Source: an uncultured Planctomycetota bacterium (lineage in GTDB: Bacteria > Planctomycetota > Planctomycetia > Isosphaerales > Isosphaeraceae). From it: a stretch of 64,000 nucleotides of DNA. Shown in pieces: positions 1 through 10,999 of the stretch. The notes under the pieces are model-generated. The model saw nothing but the letters and a program-made list of their open reading frames with translations. It searched no databases and was not told the origin of the DNA. A program made the translations under genes and the position numbers. The stretch lies in the NCBI GenBank assembly GCA_963737655.1, contig CAVTTN010000002.1, positions 2,720,001-2,784,000 of the forward strand, given 5' to 3'. Each line of letters starts with the position of its first letter. Within the stretch, counting starts at the first letter, position 1.

Positions 1-32
1 ATCGCCGTCCGTGAAGCTTCCGATGCACCCAT
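1..32 (-). CDS. Possible 5' end of a divergent gene (MGASEASRTA...), running off the window edge
   Basis: Minus-strand ATG at 32 preceded by a GGAGG-like RBS; only about 10 codons visible. Confidence 0.3.
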   Translation of the reverse strand, partial: MGASEASRTA

Positions 33-258
33 CGTCACCCCTCCCAGGTCGTTCGTCGCGAAGTCGGGATGTGATCGGACCGACGCCGCTCATGCTAACC
101 ACCTCGCCGATCGTCCGCCAACGGAAATCTTCCTAAACAATTAAGAATTCCGATCGCCGACCGCCGACGGTCCGGGGATTTCCCGGCGATCGTCCGCGTG
201 ATAGACTCTCCGTCACGTCCGAGCGTCAAAGACGAGACGAGAGCAGGAGATCGGAAGC

Positions 259-1485
259 GTGACGACGATCCGGGCGATCGGTGCGGCCTCGGCCCTGGCG
301 GTTCTCGGGCTGGGCGTGGCGGGCTGCGGCCCTCCGAAGGTCGTTTCGGCGGAGAAGCCGGCGTCCCCGGCGACCGTGGCGAAGCCGGCGAAGGAGGACG
401 ACCTGGCCACCGTGGTGCTCACGCCCGAGGCCGAAACCCGGCTGGGCGTGACCATTGCCGTCGCCGAGGTCAAGCCCGTGGCTCGCTCGCGGTCCTATGC
501 CGGAGACGTGATCGTCCCTCCCGGGCGGATGATCACCGTCGCCTCGCCGTTCGCGGCCACCGTCGTCGCGGCCGGGGACGCCATCGCCCCCGGCATGCCC
601 CTGAAGAAGGACCAGCCGGTCGTGGCCTTGCTGCCGTTGCTCTCGGCCGAGGCCAAGGCGCAGCTGGCCACGTTGCGGATCGAGGCCGAGGGGCAGGTCG
701 ATTCGGCCCGGAAGCAACTGGACGTGGCCAAGGTCGCGCTCGATCGCGTCGAGGACCTCCGCAAGAACCGCGTGGCCGTCGGATCGGCCACCGTCGAGGA
801 CGCCAAGGCCCAGTATGGGATCGCCGAGACCGCGCTGAAGAACGCCCAGGACCGCCGGGACATCCTCGCCAAGACGATCCAGGAGGCCGGCGCCGGCTCG
901 CTCACGCCCTTGCCGCTGACCAGCCCCGAGGACGGCATCCTCAGCAGCCTCTCGGCCGCCCCGGGCCAGCAGGTCGGCCCCGGCGCGGTCCTGTTCGCCG
1001 TCGAGAAGCTCGACCCGGTCTGGGTCCGCGTGCCGATCTACGTCGGCGACCTGAAATCGGTGGACCCGGCGAAGGAGGCCCGCGTGGGGGGCCTCTCCAG
1101 CAAGCCGACCGATACCGGGACGTCCGCCAAACCCGTCTCCGCGCCGCCCTCGGGCGACCCCCTGGCCGCCACGGTGGACCTGTTCTACGAGGTCGCCAAT
1201 CCGTCCGCCGCCCTGAGGCCCGGCCAGAGGCTCGGCGTGAGCGTCCCGCTCTCCGGCTCGGCCGAGGGTCTCGTCATCCCCGCCTCGGCCGTCTACTATG
1301 ACATCGGCGGCGGCACCTGGGTTTATGAACAAATCAAGGACCATACCTTCGTCCGCCGCCGGGTCGAGATCGAGCAGGTCTCCGGCGGCGAGGCCATCCT
1401 GACCCGCGGCCTGAAGATCGGGGCCAAGGTCGTCACCGCCGCCGTCGCCGAGATCTATGGGACTGAGTTCGGATTCGCCAAATGA
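259..1485 (+). CDS. RND efflux periplasmic adaptor subunit (CzcB/CusB-like), lipoprotein
   Basis: Lipobox-like VAGC; coiled-coil hairpin; SPEDG..V.PG..LF lipoyl-type motif; LRPG and IPASAV C-terminal MFP motifs; directly upstream of an RND permease. Confidence 0.9.
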   Translation: MTTIRAIGAASALAVLGLGVAGCGPPKVVSAEKPASPATVAKPAKEDDLATVVLTPEAETRLGVTIAVAEVKPVARSRSYAGDVIVPPGRMITVASPFAATVVAAGDAIAPGMPLKKDQPVVALLPLLSAEAKAQLATLRIEAEGQVDSARKQLDVAKVALDRVEDLRKNRVAVGSATVEDAKAQYGIAETALKNAQDRRDILAKTIQEAGAGSLTPLPLTSPEDGILSSLSAAPGQQVGPGAVLFAVEKLDPVWVRVPIYVGDLKSVDPAKEARVGGLSSKPTDTGTSAKPVSAPPSGDPLAATVDLFYEVANPSAALRPGQRLGVSVPLSGSAEGLVIPASAVYYDIGGGTWVYEQIKDHTFVRRRVEIEQVSGGEAILTRGLKIGAKVVTAAVAEIYGTEFGFAK

Positions 1486-1525
1486 TCCTGCCCGGCCGTG
1501 AGACGGGGCAGGTGAAGGACCGGCC

Positions 1526-4500
1526 ATGAACTGGATCGTCTCGACGTCTCTCCGGCTCCGCCTGCTGGTCGTCGCGCTGTCGATCGTCCTGATGATCGTC
1601 GGCGTGAGGTCGGCCCTGAAGGCCCCCCTGGACGTCTTCCCCGAGTTCGCCCCTCCTCTCGTGGAGATCCAGACCGAGGCGCCGGGCCTCTCCACCGACG
1701 AGGTCGAGAGCCTCGTCAGCGTCCCCCTCGAGAACGCGTTGAACGGCACGCCGTATCTGAAGACGCTGAGGTCCAAGTCGGTCCTCGGGCTGTCGTCGGT
1801 GGTCCTGATCTTCCAGGAAGGCACCGACCTGATGAAGGCCCGGCAGCTCGTCCAGGAGCGCCTGGCCACCGAGATGAGCCGATTGCCCGCCGTGGCGCGG
1901 CCTCCGGCGTCGCTCGGGCCCGTGATCCTCTCGCCGTTGTCGTCCACCAGCCGCGTGATGAAGATCGGCGTGTCCGCGAAGCCGGTGCCGGGCCTGGATC
2001 TGCTCGGAATCCAGTACAAGCCGCTCACGCAGATGGACCTGACCGTCCTGGCCAAGTGGACCATCCGCCCGAGGCTGATGGCGATCCCCGGCGTGGCGAA
2101 CGTGGCGATCTGGGGCCAGCGCGACAAGCAATATCAGGTGCTCGTCGATCCCGACCGCCTCCGCGACCACAAGGTCTCGCTCGCCCAGGTGACCCAGGCC
2201 GTCACGGACGCCTCGGCCGTGGCCGCCGGCGGCTTCCTCGACACCGCGAACCAGCGGGTCGCCGTCCGCCACCGTTCGCCCGTCGAACGCGTCGACGACC
2301 TCAAGGACGCCGTGATCACCCGGCCCAACGCGCCCCCCTGAGGATCGGGGACCTCGCCGAGGTCCGCATCGGCTTCCCTCCGCCGATCGGCGACGCCGTG
2401 ATCAATGACGGCGAGGGCCTGCTCCTGATCGTCGAGAAGCAGCCGCAGGGCAACACGCTGGACGTCACCCGAAACGTCGAAAAAGCCCTGAAATTGCTCG
2501 ACCTGAACAACAAGGGCGTGGAGGTCGATCCCACGATCTTCCGGCCCGCCACGTTCATCGAGAAATCGCTGGAGAACCTCTCCGAGGCCATGTGGGTCGG
2601 CTGCATCCTCGTCGTGGTGATCCTCGTGGCGTTCCTGTTCGACTGGCGGACGGCGATCATCAGCCTCGTGGCGATCCCCCTTTCCCTGATCGCCGCCACC
2701 CTGGTGATCCAGTACTCCGGGGCGACGATCAACACGATGGTCCTCGCCGGCCTGGTGATCGCGATGGGCGAGGTCGTGGACGACGCGATCATCGACGTCG
2801 AGAACATCGTCCGGCGATTGCGCCTGAACCGCGCCGCCGGGTCGCCCGAATCGGCGTACATGGTCGTGTACAAGGCGTCCCTGGAAGTGCGATCGGCCGT
2901 GGTGTTCGCCAGCCTGATCGTGATCCTGGTGTTCATCCCGGTCTTCTTCCTCGAAGGGCTGGCCGGGTCGTTCTTCCGGCCGTTGGCGATGTCGTACGTG
3001 CTGGCGATCGGCGCCTCGTTGCTCGTGGCCTTGACCGTGACTCCGGCGCTCTCGCTGATGCTCCTGCCGGGCTCGACCGACCGGCACCGCGAATCGCCGC
3101 TGGTCCGAATCCTCCGGGCGGCGTATCGGGCGGTGTTGCCGTGGTTCATCCGCCGGCCGTACCTGGCGATCGGCGTCCTCGCCGTCGCGTTCGGCTGGAG
3201 CGCCTGGGCCGTCGGCGGGCTCGGCCGGGAGTTCCTGCCGAATTTCCAGGAGAACGACTTCCTGATGCACTGGGTCGAGAAGCCGGGCACGTCGCTCGAG
3301 GCGATGAGGCGGATCACCCAGCGAGTCAGCACCGAGCTCCGAGGCGTCGAGGGCGTCAAGAATTTCGGCTCGCACATCGGCCGCGCCGAGGTCGCCGACG
3401 AGGTCGTGGGCCCGAATTTCACCGAGCTGTGGATCTCGGTCGATCCCAAATATGACCACGAAAAGACGTTGGCGCGGATCGAGAAGGTCGTCCAGGGGTA
3501 TCCCGGCCTCTATCGCGACGTGCTGACGTACCTGAAGGAACGGATCAAGGAGGTCCTCACCGGCGCCGGCGCCACGATCGTCGTCCGGCTCTACGGCCCC
3601 GACTTGCCGACCCTGCGCGCAAGGCGCAGGACGTGTACAAGGTCATGGGCAAGGTGCCGGGCGTGACCACGGCGAAGGTCGAGCCGCAGATCCTCGTCCC
3701 CCAGCTCGAAGTCCGGCTCCGGCCCGAGGCCGCCGCGCGGTTCGGCCTGACTCCGGGCGACGTCCGCCGGGCCGCCACCACGTTGGTGAAGGGCGTGAAG
3801 GTGGGCGAGCTCTACGACGAGCAAAAGATCTTCGACGTCGTCGTCTGGGGCGCCCCGAAGGTCCGCGACGACGTGACCTCGCTCCGCAAGCTGCCGATCG
3901 AGCTGCCCGGGAGCGCCGGGAGCGTCCCCCTGGGAGACGTGGCGGAAGTGGCGATCGTCCCGGCGCCGAACGAGATCAAGCGCGAACGGGCGTCGCGACG
4001 GATCGACATCACCTGCAACGTCGCCGGGAGGGACCTGGGCGCCGTGGCGGCGGACATCGAGAAGGCGGTCCGCGAGGAGGTCAAGTTCGACCTCGAGACC
4101 AACCCCGAGTTCCTCGGCGAATACGCCGCCCTCCAGGAATCCAGCCGCCGGTTGTTCGCCCTGTCGGCGTTGTCCCTGCTGGGGATCATCCTGATCATCC
4201 ACCTGGATTTCCAGTCGGTCCGGCTCACGGCCCTGGTGTTCCTCACCTTGCCGTTCGCCCTGATCGGCGGGGTGATGGGCGCGATGATCGGCGGGGGCGT
4301 GCTGTCGCTGGGGTCGCTGGTCGGGTTCGTGACGGTCCTGGGGATCGCGGCCCGCAACGGGATCATGCTGGTCAGCCACTACCGCCACCTGGAGGAACAG
4401 GAAGGCGAGCCGTTCGGCGAATCGCTCGTGTTGCGAGGCTCGGAGGAGAGGCTCGCGCCGATCCTCATGACCGTCCTCGCCACCGGCCTGGCGCTGGTGC

Positions 4501-4742
4501 CGCTGGCGGTCTCGGGCAACAAGCCGGGGCACGAGATCGAGCACCCGATGGCCGTGGTGATCCTCGGCGGGCTGGTCACCTCGACCCTGCTCAACCTGTT
4601 CCTGCTCCCGTCGCTCTACGCCCGGTTCGGCCGGGTCACGAGGAGGGCCGAGGACCGCCTGGAGCCGGAGACCACGTTCGCCGCCTCCGGCCTCAAGGGC
4701 GGATCGGTCGCGATGGCCCACCGATCGCCCGAGATTCCCTGA
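1526..4742 (+). CDS. Heavy-metal efflux RND permease (CzcA/CusA family), split by two frameshifts (~2335, ~3620)
   Basis: Three consecutive ORF pieces: [56 protein letters not shown]. The first break lies in the C-run 2333-2338. Confidence 0.9.
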
Positions 4743-4771
4743 TTCCGGGAGGAGAGGGAGGGGATCGCCAC

Positions 4772-4966
4772 TCATCCCCTCCGGGTTGAATCGGAATCCA
4801 GGCCGTTGAGCCGATCGGACCGATGGCGGCCGAGGTCCGGCTCGATCGAGGCGGCCTCCTCGGGATTCTCGCTCAGGGCCCTCTTGAGCATCTGGCGTCG
4901 GTGCTTGTTCCCGGCCTTCTTGATCTCTCGCTTGTCCTCGCGACGCTGCCTCTTGTCCGGGTCCAC
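4772..4966 (-). CDS. Small basic hypothetical protein (64 aa)
   Basis: GGAGG RBS before a GTG start; K/R-rich helical sequence; GC3-biased codons; downstream of MATE. Confidence 0.65.
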   Translation of the reverse strand: MDPDKRQRREDKREIKKAGNKHRRQMLKRALSENPEEAASIEPDLGRHRSDRLNGLDSDSTRRG

Positions 4967-4990
4967 GCGCGTTGCCTCCTCTCCATGCGA

Positions 4991-6406
4991 TCAATCGACG
5001 GCCGAGACCTTCAGGCTCCCCCCGAGCCGCCCGACGGCCCGGGTCCAGGCCATCAAGATGATGATCCCGGTGAGGATCAGCCCCGAGGTCAGCCCGATCC
5101 AGATCCCCAGGACGCCCCAACCGGCGACGAACCCCAGGACATAGCCCATCGGCAGTCCCACGGCCCAGTACGCGGCGAGGTTGGCGAACATCGGCAGCCG
5201 GGTCTCGCCGGCCCCTCGCAACACGCCCGTGCCGACGACCTGGATGCCGTCGAACACCTGGAACACCGCCGCCGCGATGAGCAACGTCCGGGCCACGGCG
5301 AGGATGCCCGGATCTGTCGTGAAGATCCCCAGCAACGGGCCGGGCAGGAGCGTCATCGTCGTTCCCGAGATCGCCATGAAGCCGGCGCCGATCAGGATGG
5401 CGGTCCATCCCGAGCGTGCGGCGCCGGCCGGGTCGTCTCGACCCAGGGCCTGGCCGACCCTCACCGCCCCGGCCGAAGACACGCCCAGGGGCACCATGAA
5501 CGTCGTCCCGGCGATCTGGAGGACAACTTCATGGGCCGCCAGGGCATTCGAGCCGAGCCGACCGGCCAGCAGCGCCGCCGCGCCGAACACGGCCACCTCC
5601 AGCGTCAAATGGACCGCCGACGGGAACCCCAGGACGATCAACTCCTTCAGCAGAGGCCCATCGATGCCCAGGGGCGTCGTCAACAGGCCGGTCCTCTTGC
5701 GGACTCCGTGCCAGAGGGCATATCCGGCGACGATCGCCAGCATGACGAACCGCGAGGCGACCGTGGACCACGCCGAGCCCGCCACGCCCATCGCCGGGAA
5801 GCCGAGCCGGCCATACACGAACACCCAGTTCCCCGCGAGGTTCGCGAGATTGGCGAGGACCAGCGCGACCATCACCGGGGCCACCAGGTTCATCCCCTGG
5901 AGATAGCGGCGGATGGCGAAGAACACCATCAAGGGGGGCAGGCCCCAGAGCATGATGCTGATGTAGCGGCCCGTCGGCGCGAGGACGCCCGGGTCCACCC
6001 CGCTGAGCTTCAACCAGACGTTCCCCAGGGCGATCACCCCCATCAAAATCGGGCTGATCGCCAGGCCGAGATAGACCCCCTGGAACATCGCCCGGTGGCA
6101 CCGGCGGAGGTCTCCCGCGCCGAAGGCCTGCGAGACGATCGCGTCGAGCCCGAGCAGGGCGCCGATCCCGAAGATCGCCACGCTGAAGAACACGACGTTG
6201 CCGATCCCGACGGCGCCGATGGCCTCGGCGCCGAGGCGGCCGACCATGATCGTGTCGGCCACGCCCATGCCCATCCAGCCGAGCTCGGACACCACGACCG
6301 GCAATGCCAGCGCGAGCATCGGCCGGGCCTCCGAGGCCAGGCCCCGGAGGATTGCGCGGATCGACGCCGATCGCCTCTCGGCCCGCTCTTCCGTGAAACT
6401 CGGCAC
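4991..6406 (-). CDS. MATE family efflux transporter (NorM-like)
   Basis: About 12 hydrophobic segments; LALALPVV..MGVADTIMVGRLG; RVGQALG; DGIQVVGTGVLRGAGET. Confidence 0.93.
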   Translation of the reverse strand: MPSFTEERAERRSASIRAILRGLASEARPMLALALPVVVSELGWMGMGVADTIMVGRLGAEAIGAVGIGNVVFFSVAIFGIGALLGLDAIVSQAFGAGDLRRCHRAMFQGVYLGLAISPILMGVIALGNVWLKLSGVDPGVLAPTGRYISIMLWGLPPLMVFFAIRRYLQGMNLVAPVMVALVLANLANLAGNWVFVYGRLGFPAMGVAGSAWSTVASRFVMLAIVAGYALWHGVRKRTGLLTTPLGIDGPLLKELIVLGFPSAVHLTLEVAVFGAAALLAGRLGSNALAAHEVVLQIAGTTFMVPLGVSSAGAVRVGQALGRDDPAGAARSGWTAILIGAGFMAISGTTMTLLPGPLLGIFTTDPGILAVARTLLIAAAVFQVFDGIQVVGTGVLRGAGETRLPMFANLAAYWAVGLPMGYVLGFVAGWGVLGIWIGLTSGLILTGIIILMAWTRAVGRLGGSLKVSAVD

Positions 6407-6633
6407 GAACCGTCCCTCCCCGTCGCCTCGATCCGGCCCCCGATCCGTCTGGACAAGGATACCAAATCGCGGGTTCGCGCCGCCTGGGGTCTCGGCCGTC
6501 CCGTTCGCGGGCCTCGAACCGCCGGGTCTATTCGCCGGAGCGCCCGGGCCGCTACAATGGGTGCCTTGTCGCGGGCCCGGAGGCCCGCGAATCGCTCCTC
6601 GCTCGCCTCGGATTGCATCGCCAGGGAGATCGG

Positions 6634-7353
6634 ATGAAGACGTTCGTGACCGCCGGCCTCGTCGCGCTCGGGCTGATCTTCGGCTCGGCGCTCGCCCAGG
6701 ACACCAAGACCGCGAAGCCCGCCCCTCCCGCGGGCGACCTGAAGGACCTCCGCTCCCAGGCCAGCTATGCCATCGGCCAGAATATCGGCAAGAACCTGAA
6801 GGCCCAGGACATCGACCTCGACCCGGCCGTGATCGCCCAGGGGATCAAGGACGTCCTGGAGGGCGCCAAGCCGAAGCTCTCCGAGGAAGAGGCCGAGAAG
6901 TGCATGGAGACCTTCCAGCGCGAGATGCTCGCCCGCCGCGAGGCGAACCTCAAGAAGGCCGCCGAGAAGAACAAGAAGGAAGGAGACGCCTACCTCGCCG
7001 CCAACAAGGCCAAGCCCGGCATCGTCACCACCTCCACCGGCCTCCAGTACAAGGTCCTGAAGGAAGGCGCCGGACCGATCCCCAAGAAGACCGACACGGT
7101 CAAGGCCAACTACAAGGGCCAGCTCCTCGACGGCACCGAGTTCGACAGCTCGTACAAGAGGGGCGAGCCGACCAGCTTCCCGGTCGCCGAGGTCATCCCC
7201 GGCTGGACCGAGGCGCTCCTGAAGATGAAGGTCGGCTCCAAGTGGGAGCTCTTCATCCCCTCCAACCTCGCCTACGGAGAGCGAGGCCGCACGAGCATCC
7301 CGCCCAACTCGGTCCTGATCTTCGAGATCGAACTCGTCGAGATCGAGAAGTAA
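6634..7353 (+). CDS. FKBP-type peptidyl-prolyl cis-trans isomerase (FkpA/Mip-like)
   Basis: Signal peptide; SYAIG dimerisation helix; TGLQYKVL..G.G; Y.G.L.DGTEFDSS; VIPGWTEAL; IPPNSVLIFEIEL. Confidence 0.95.
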   Translation: MKTFVTAGLVALGLIFGSALAQDTKTAKPAPPAGDLKDLRSQASYAIGQNIGKNLKAQDIDLDPAVIAQGIKDVLEGAKPKLSEEEAEKCMETFQREMLARREANLKKAAEKNKKEGDAYLAANKAKPGIVTTSTGLQYKVLKEGAGPIPKKTDTVKANYKGQLLDGTEFDSSYKRGEPTSFPVAEVIPGWTEALLKMKVGSKWELFIPSNLAYGERGRTSIPPNSVLIFEIELVEIEK

Positions 7354-7363
7354 CGCCCGACGG

Positions 7364-7451
7364 CCCCGGGTAGCATGCCCACCTCTTCGTGGGCATGTCT
7401 TACCGAGGAGTTGAAGACAAGCCCACGAAGCCGTGGGCATGCCACCCGGGG
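7364..7451. repeat. REP-like doublet hairpin, family C (GGGTRGCATGC..ACG..CGTG.GCATG)
   Basis: cccgggtagcatgcccac...gtgggcatg and cccacgaagccgtgggcatgccacccggg form nested inverted repeats between convergent genes; related copies at 40178 and 55004. Confidence 0.75.
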
Positions 7452-7466
7452 GACGGGATGGCCATT

Positions 7467-8252
7467 TCACGGGCCGACCGTTCCCGCCAGGGTCGCGACC
7501 GGGATCTCGCCGACGCTCTCGAAGACATGGGTGGGCCGGTAGGCGTAGCTCTCGATCGTCTCCCGGGTGCTCACCCCGGAGAGCACCAGGATCGTCCTCA
7601 TCCCGGCCTCGGTCCCGGCGATCACGTCGGTGTCCATCCGGTCGCCGATCATGAACGACTCGGAGGCGTGCGCGCCCATCTTCTTCAGGGCCGTCCGCAT
7701 CATCAACGGGTTCGGCTTGCCCACGAAATACGGCTTCTTCCCGGTGGCCAGCTCGATCGGCGCGACCAGGGCCCCGCACGCCGGCTGAATCCCTTCTTCC
7801 GAGGGCCCGGTCAGGTCCAGATTGGTCGCGATGAACCGCGCCCCGGCGGCGATCAGGCGGATGGCGCGCTCGATCTTCTCGAAATCGTAGCTGCGCGTGT
7901 CCCCGACGACCACGTAATCCGGGTCGCGCTCCGTGAGGGTGTACCCGGCCTCGTACAGGGCGTTCGTGAGGCCCGCGCCGCCGATCACGTAGGCCGTCCC
8001 GCCGGGCCTTTGCTGCTTCAGGAATTCGGCCGTGGCGAGGGCCGAGGTGTGGAAGGCCGTCTCCTCGACCGAGATCCCCAGCCCCTCCAGGCGGTGGCGG
8101 AGGTCGCGAGGCGTCCACTGGCTGTTATTGGTGAGGAACAGGAACCGATGGCCCCCCTGGCGGAGGCGATCGAGGAACTCGGGCACCCCGGGGATCAGCC
8201 GGTGACCGTGGTAGATCACCCCGTCCATGTCGATCACGAAGCTCGCGGGCAT
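7467..8252 (-). CDS. HAD-IIA family hydrolase (NagD-like)
   Basis: DMDGVIY motif I; LTNNS; GKPNP; MIGDRMDTD motif IV. Confidence 0.93.
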   Translation of the reverse strand: MPASFVIDMDGVIYHGHRLIPGVPEFLDRLRQGGHRFLFLTNNSQWTPRDLRHRLEGLGISVEETAFHTSALATAEFLKQQRPGGTAYVIGGAGLTNALYEAGYTLTERDPDYVVVGDTRSYDFEKIERAIRLIAAGARFIATNLDLTGPSEEGIQPACGALVAPIELATGKKPYFVGKPNPLMMRTALKKMGAHASESFMIGDRMDTDVIAGTEAGMRTILVLSGVSTRETIESYAYRPTHVFESVGEIPVATLAGTVGP

Positions 8253-8389
8253 GGTCCATCCTTCCGGCCGACGGTCCGGGGCCGACCCATGATAGCCGCG
8301 CGACCCGATCGCGGGTAGGCGCCTCGGGCGGCCCGCGCTGGTATCATCACGCTGTTCCGCGTCCCGCCTCCCCGACGGATCGACCCTCC

Positions 8390-8971
8390 ATGAGCGCCTC
8401 GACCACGCCTCCTCGCGCCGACGCCCCCACCCGGCAATCGATCCGCGAGTATTTCCGCGAAGACGGCTCGCGGATGACGATGATGGCCGCCCGCAAGTTC
8501 GGCGTGCCCGAGCAGGTCGTCGTGGAGGCGATCGTCGGCCAGATGCCCGTGACCCGGCTCCGCGACGGCGCCTTCCGCGAGCTGATCGAAGCCTTGCCCG
8601 CCCTCGGCGTGATGCGCGTGTTCGTCCGCAGCCGGGCGGCCGTGATCGAGTCCGTCGGCACCTTCGGCGGCTTCTCCGAGACCGGCCCGTTCTTCAACGT
8701 CCAGACCGACACCCTGGATATGCACATCCTTTACGACGAGATCGCCGCCATCTTCGCCGTCGAGAAGACCGGCCACGACTCCACCTTCGCCACCCACTCC
8801 TTCCAGTTCTTCGACCGGAACGGAGACGCCGGCTTCAAGGCGTTCCTCTGGGACAAGTTCCCCGAAGTCCCGGCGGAGACGATCGCCGCCTTCCGCGCCC
8901 TGACCGCGAGGCTCTCGGCCGGCGGGACGGTCGCGGGGCCCGGGGACCACGAACCGGCTGTTCGATCCTGA
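8390..8971 (+). CDS. HutX/ChuX-like heme-binding carrier protein
   Basis: ARKFGVPEQVVVEA; FFNV...LDMH; SFQFFDRNGDAGFKAFL match the HutX pattern. Confidence 0.75.
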   Translation: MSASTTPPRADAPTRQSIREYFREDGSRMTMMAARKFGVPEQVVVEAIVGQMPVTRLRDGAFRELIEALPALGVMRVFVRSRAAVIESVGTFGGFSETGPFFNVQTDTLDMHILYDEIAAIFAVEKTGHDSTFATHSFQFFDRNGDAGFKAFLWDKFPEVPAETIAAFRALTARLSAGGTVAGPGDHEPAVRS

Positions 8972-9026
8972 TCCCGCCCGGAAGTTGGGAGAAGACTCCC
9001 GGTCCGGGTTCTCGAGGCCCCGCGAA

Positions 9027-9928
9027 CTACCTCCCCAAACGCCGGGCCTGGGGGGTCGGCGCGTTGTCGTCGCGGACCTCGATCACGGCGGTCTCGCCCG
9101 ACTGGACGCCGAGGAGCGACGGTTTTCGGTGGAACACCACGTTCCTCCGGCCCGCGCCCAGGGCCTGAACCTCCACGTCGAAGTCGCCGAGGACGACCCC
9201 GGGTCGGAACTGATTCAGGAGCGCGCCCGCCTTTTCGATGGCCTTCAGTTCCTCGGGGCCCAGACCTTCGGTTTCGGCCGGGGGAGGGCCGCCGCGGCCG
9301 TGGCCAGGACCATCATCGCTCCCACCAGGCCGATCCACCACGGCGAGAGCAGCGACCTCGGCGGCCTCGCTCCCGGCCCCGGACCCGTCCTCGCCTCGGC
9401 CGCCGATCGGTAGGCGGCCATCGTGGCGTCGTCGAACAGGACGAATTTCACAAGGACGACCGAGCGGGCGGCCTCGATCGCCTCGGCTGCTGCCCCCAGG
9501 GCGATCGGCGCGGCCTGGGCGACGGGATAGCCGAAAATCCCGGTCGAGATCGACGGAAAGGCCACCGAGGCCAGGCCCATCGAGTCGGCCAGGCGGATCG
9601 ATTCGCGGTAGCAGCTCGCCAGGGCCTTGGGCTCGCCGTTCTGGCCGTCCTGGAACATCGGCCCGACGGTGTGAACCACGTGGCGGGCCGGGAGCTTCCC
9701 GCCCGTCGTCGCCACGGCCTGGCCTGCGGGCAAGCGGCCCCGGCGGGCGACGATCGCCCGGCATTCGTCGAGGATCGCCGGCCCCCCGGCCCGGTGGATC
9801 GCGCCGTCCACGCCTCCTCCGCCCATCAGCGAGGAGTTCGCCGCGTTGACGATGGCGTCGGTCGTCTCCTTCGTGATGTCGCCGAGCGTCAGCTCGATGC
9901 TCTTGCCGGCTCCGAGCTCGATCCTCAT
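9027..9928 (-). CDS. Macrodomain O-acetyl-ADP-ribose deacetylase (YmdB-like) with a C-terminal TM helix and extra domain; probable frameshift at G-run 9255-9258
   Basis: GDITK..DAIVNAAN.SL.GGGGVDGAIHRAGG and FPSISTGIFGYP; then a hydrophobic WWIGLVGAMMVLATAAAAL; coding-like frame continues to 9027 after a one-base correction. Confidence 0.85.
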
Positions 9929-10061
9929 CGCGACCTCCGGGGAATTCGGGCCGAAGCGGCCATCATACCGTCGCCGGCCCGCGATTTGCGACCTCGTGCC
10001 GGGCGTGGGGCCGATCGGGGCCGGTTGGTCTCGATCGCGCCGATCTCCGGGAGACCCTCTC

Positions 10062-10769
10062 ATGGCGACCATGAATCACGCGACCGACCCTCGGGCGACG
10101 ACCGAGATCAGCGCGAGTCCCGGCGCGGCCCTCGATGGCTCGACGGTGCCGTTGCCGACCCAGCCGATCCAGGAGCCGGCCTCCGCGGGCTCGCCCGCTC
10201 CGGTGGACAACGCCCCCGATCCCGACATCCCCCACGAAACCCAGCAGGAGGAGATGGGCGTCGGCGTCGAGGGGGAAGTGACCGTCTGGGAGGCGAGGTA
10301 TTCGCTCAAGAACTTCCTCGGCCGGGTCACCTTGTGGACGTTCTTGACGATCTTCTGGATCGCCCTGGGCATCTATACCTGGGGCTACGGCCACCAGACC
10401 CTGAGCTTCCTGGCGATCGTCGGCGGGATCGCCCTGGGGATCGCCTGGATCGGGCTGGGATGGCGGATCCTCCAGGCCCAGTACGGCCACTACTACCGCC
10501 TCACCAACCGCCGCGTGTTCGTCTCGACCGGCCTGTTCAGCCGACGCCGGGACCAGATGGAGCTTCTCCGCGTCCAGGACGTCTATACCAAGCAGACCCT
10601 GGCCCAGAGGTGGTTGTCGATCGGCACGGTGATCATCACGTCGGACGATGCCCACCTGCCGATGCTCTACCTCGCCGGGGTGGATGACCCGAAATACGTG
10701 ATGGACCTCTGCTGGCACCACGCCCGTGCCGAACGCGACCGACGGAGCGTCAAGGTCGATCAGATCTGA
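10062..10769 (+). CDS. Membrane protein with bacterial PH (bPH_2) domain
   Basis: Two TM helices then YRLTNRRV..STGLFSRR...ELLRVQDV..QT..QR..IGTV. Confidence 0.85.
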   Translation: MATMNHATDPRATTEISASPGAALDGSTVPLPTQPIQEPASAGSPAPVDNAPDPDIPHETQQEEMGVGVEGEVTVWEARYSLKNFLGRVTLWTFLTIFWIALGIYTWGYGHQTLSFLAIVGGIALGIAWIGLGWRILQAQYGHYYRLTNRRVFVSTGLFSRRRDQMELLRVQDVYTKQTLAQRWLSIGTVIITSDDAHLPMLYLAGVDDPKYVMDLCWHHARAERDRRSVKVDQI

Positions 10770-10999
10770 ACCGGCATCCGGGCGGCGTGCCCACGATCGC
10801 GGGAGTGCTCGTAGGGTCCGCAATTGCGGACCCTTTCGATTTCGCGTCGGTTCGAAGAGGTCCGCAAGAGCGGACCCTACGAGAATTCAACCTTCGCGGG
10901 CTTGTCATCTCAGGACCAAGGAAACTCGACGATCGACGAATCCCCTCCCGGTGGATTACGATCGATCGGAGGTCCCTGGCGCCCGGGGCGTCTCGCCCG

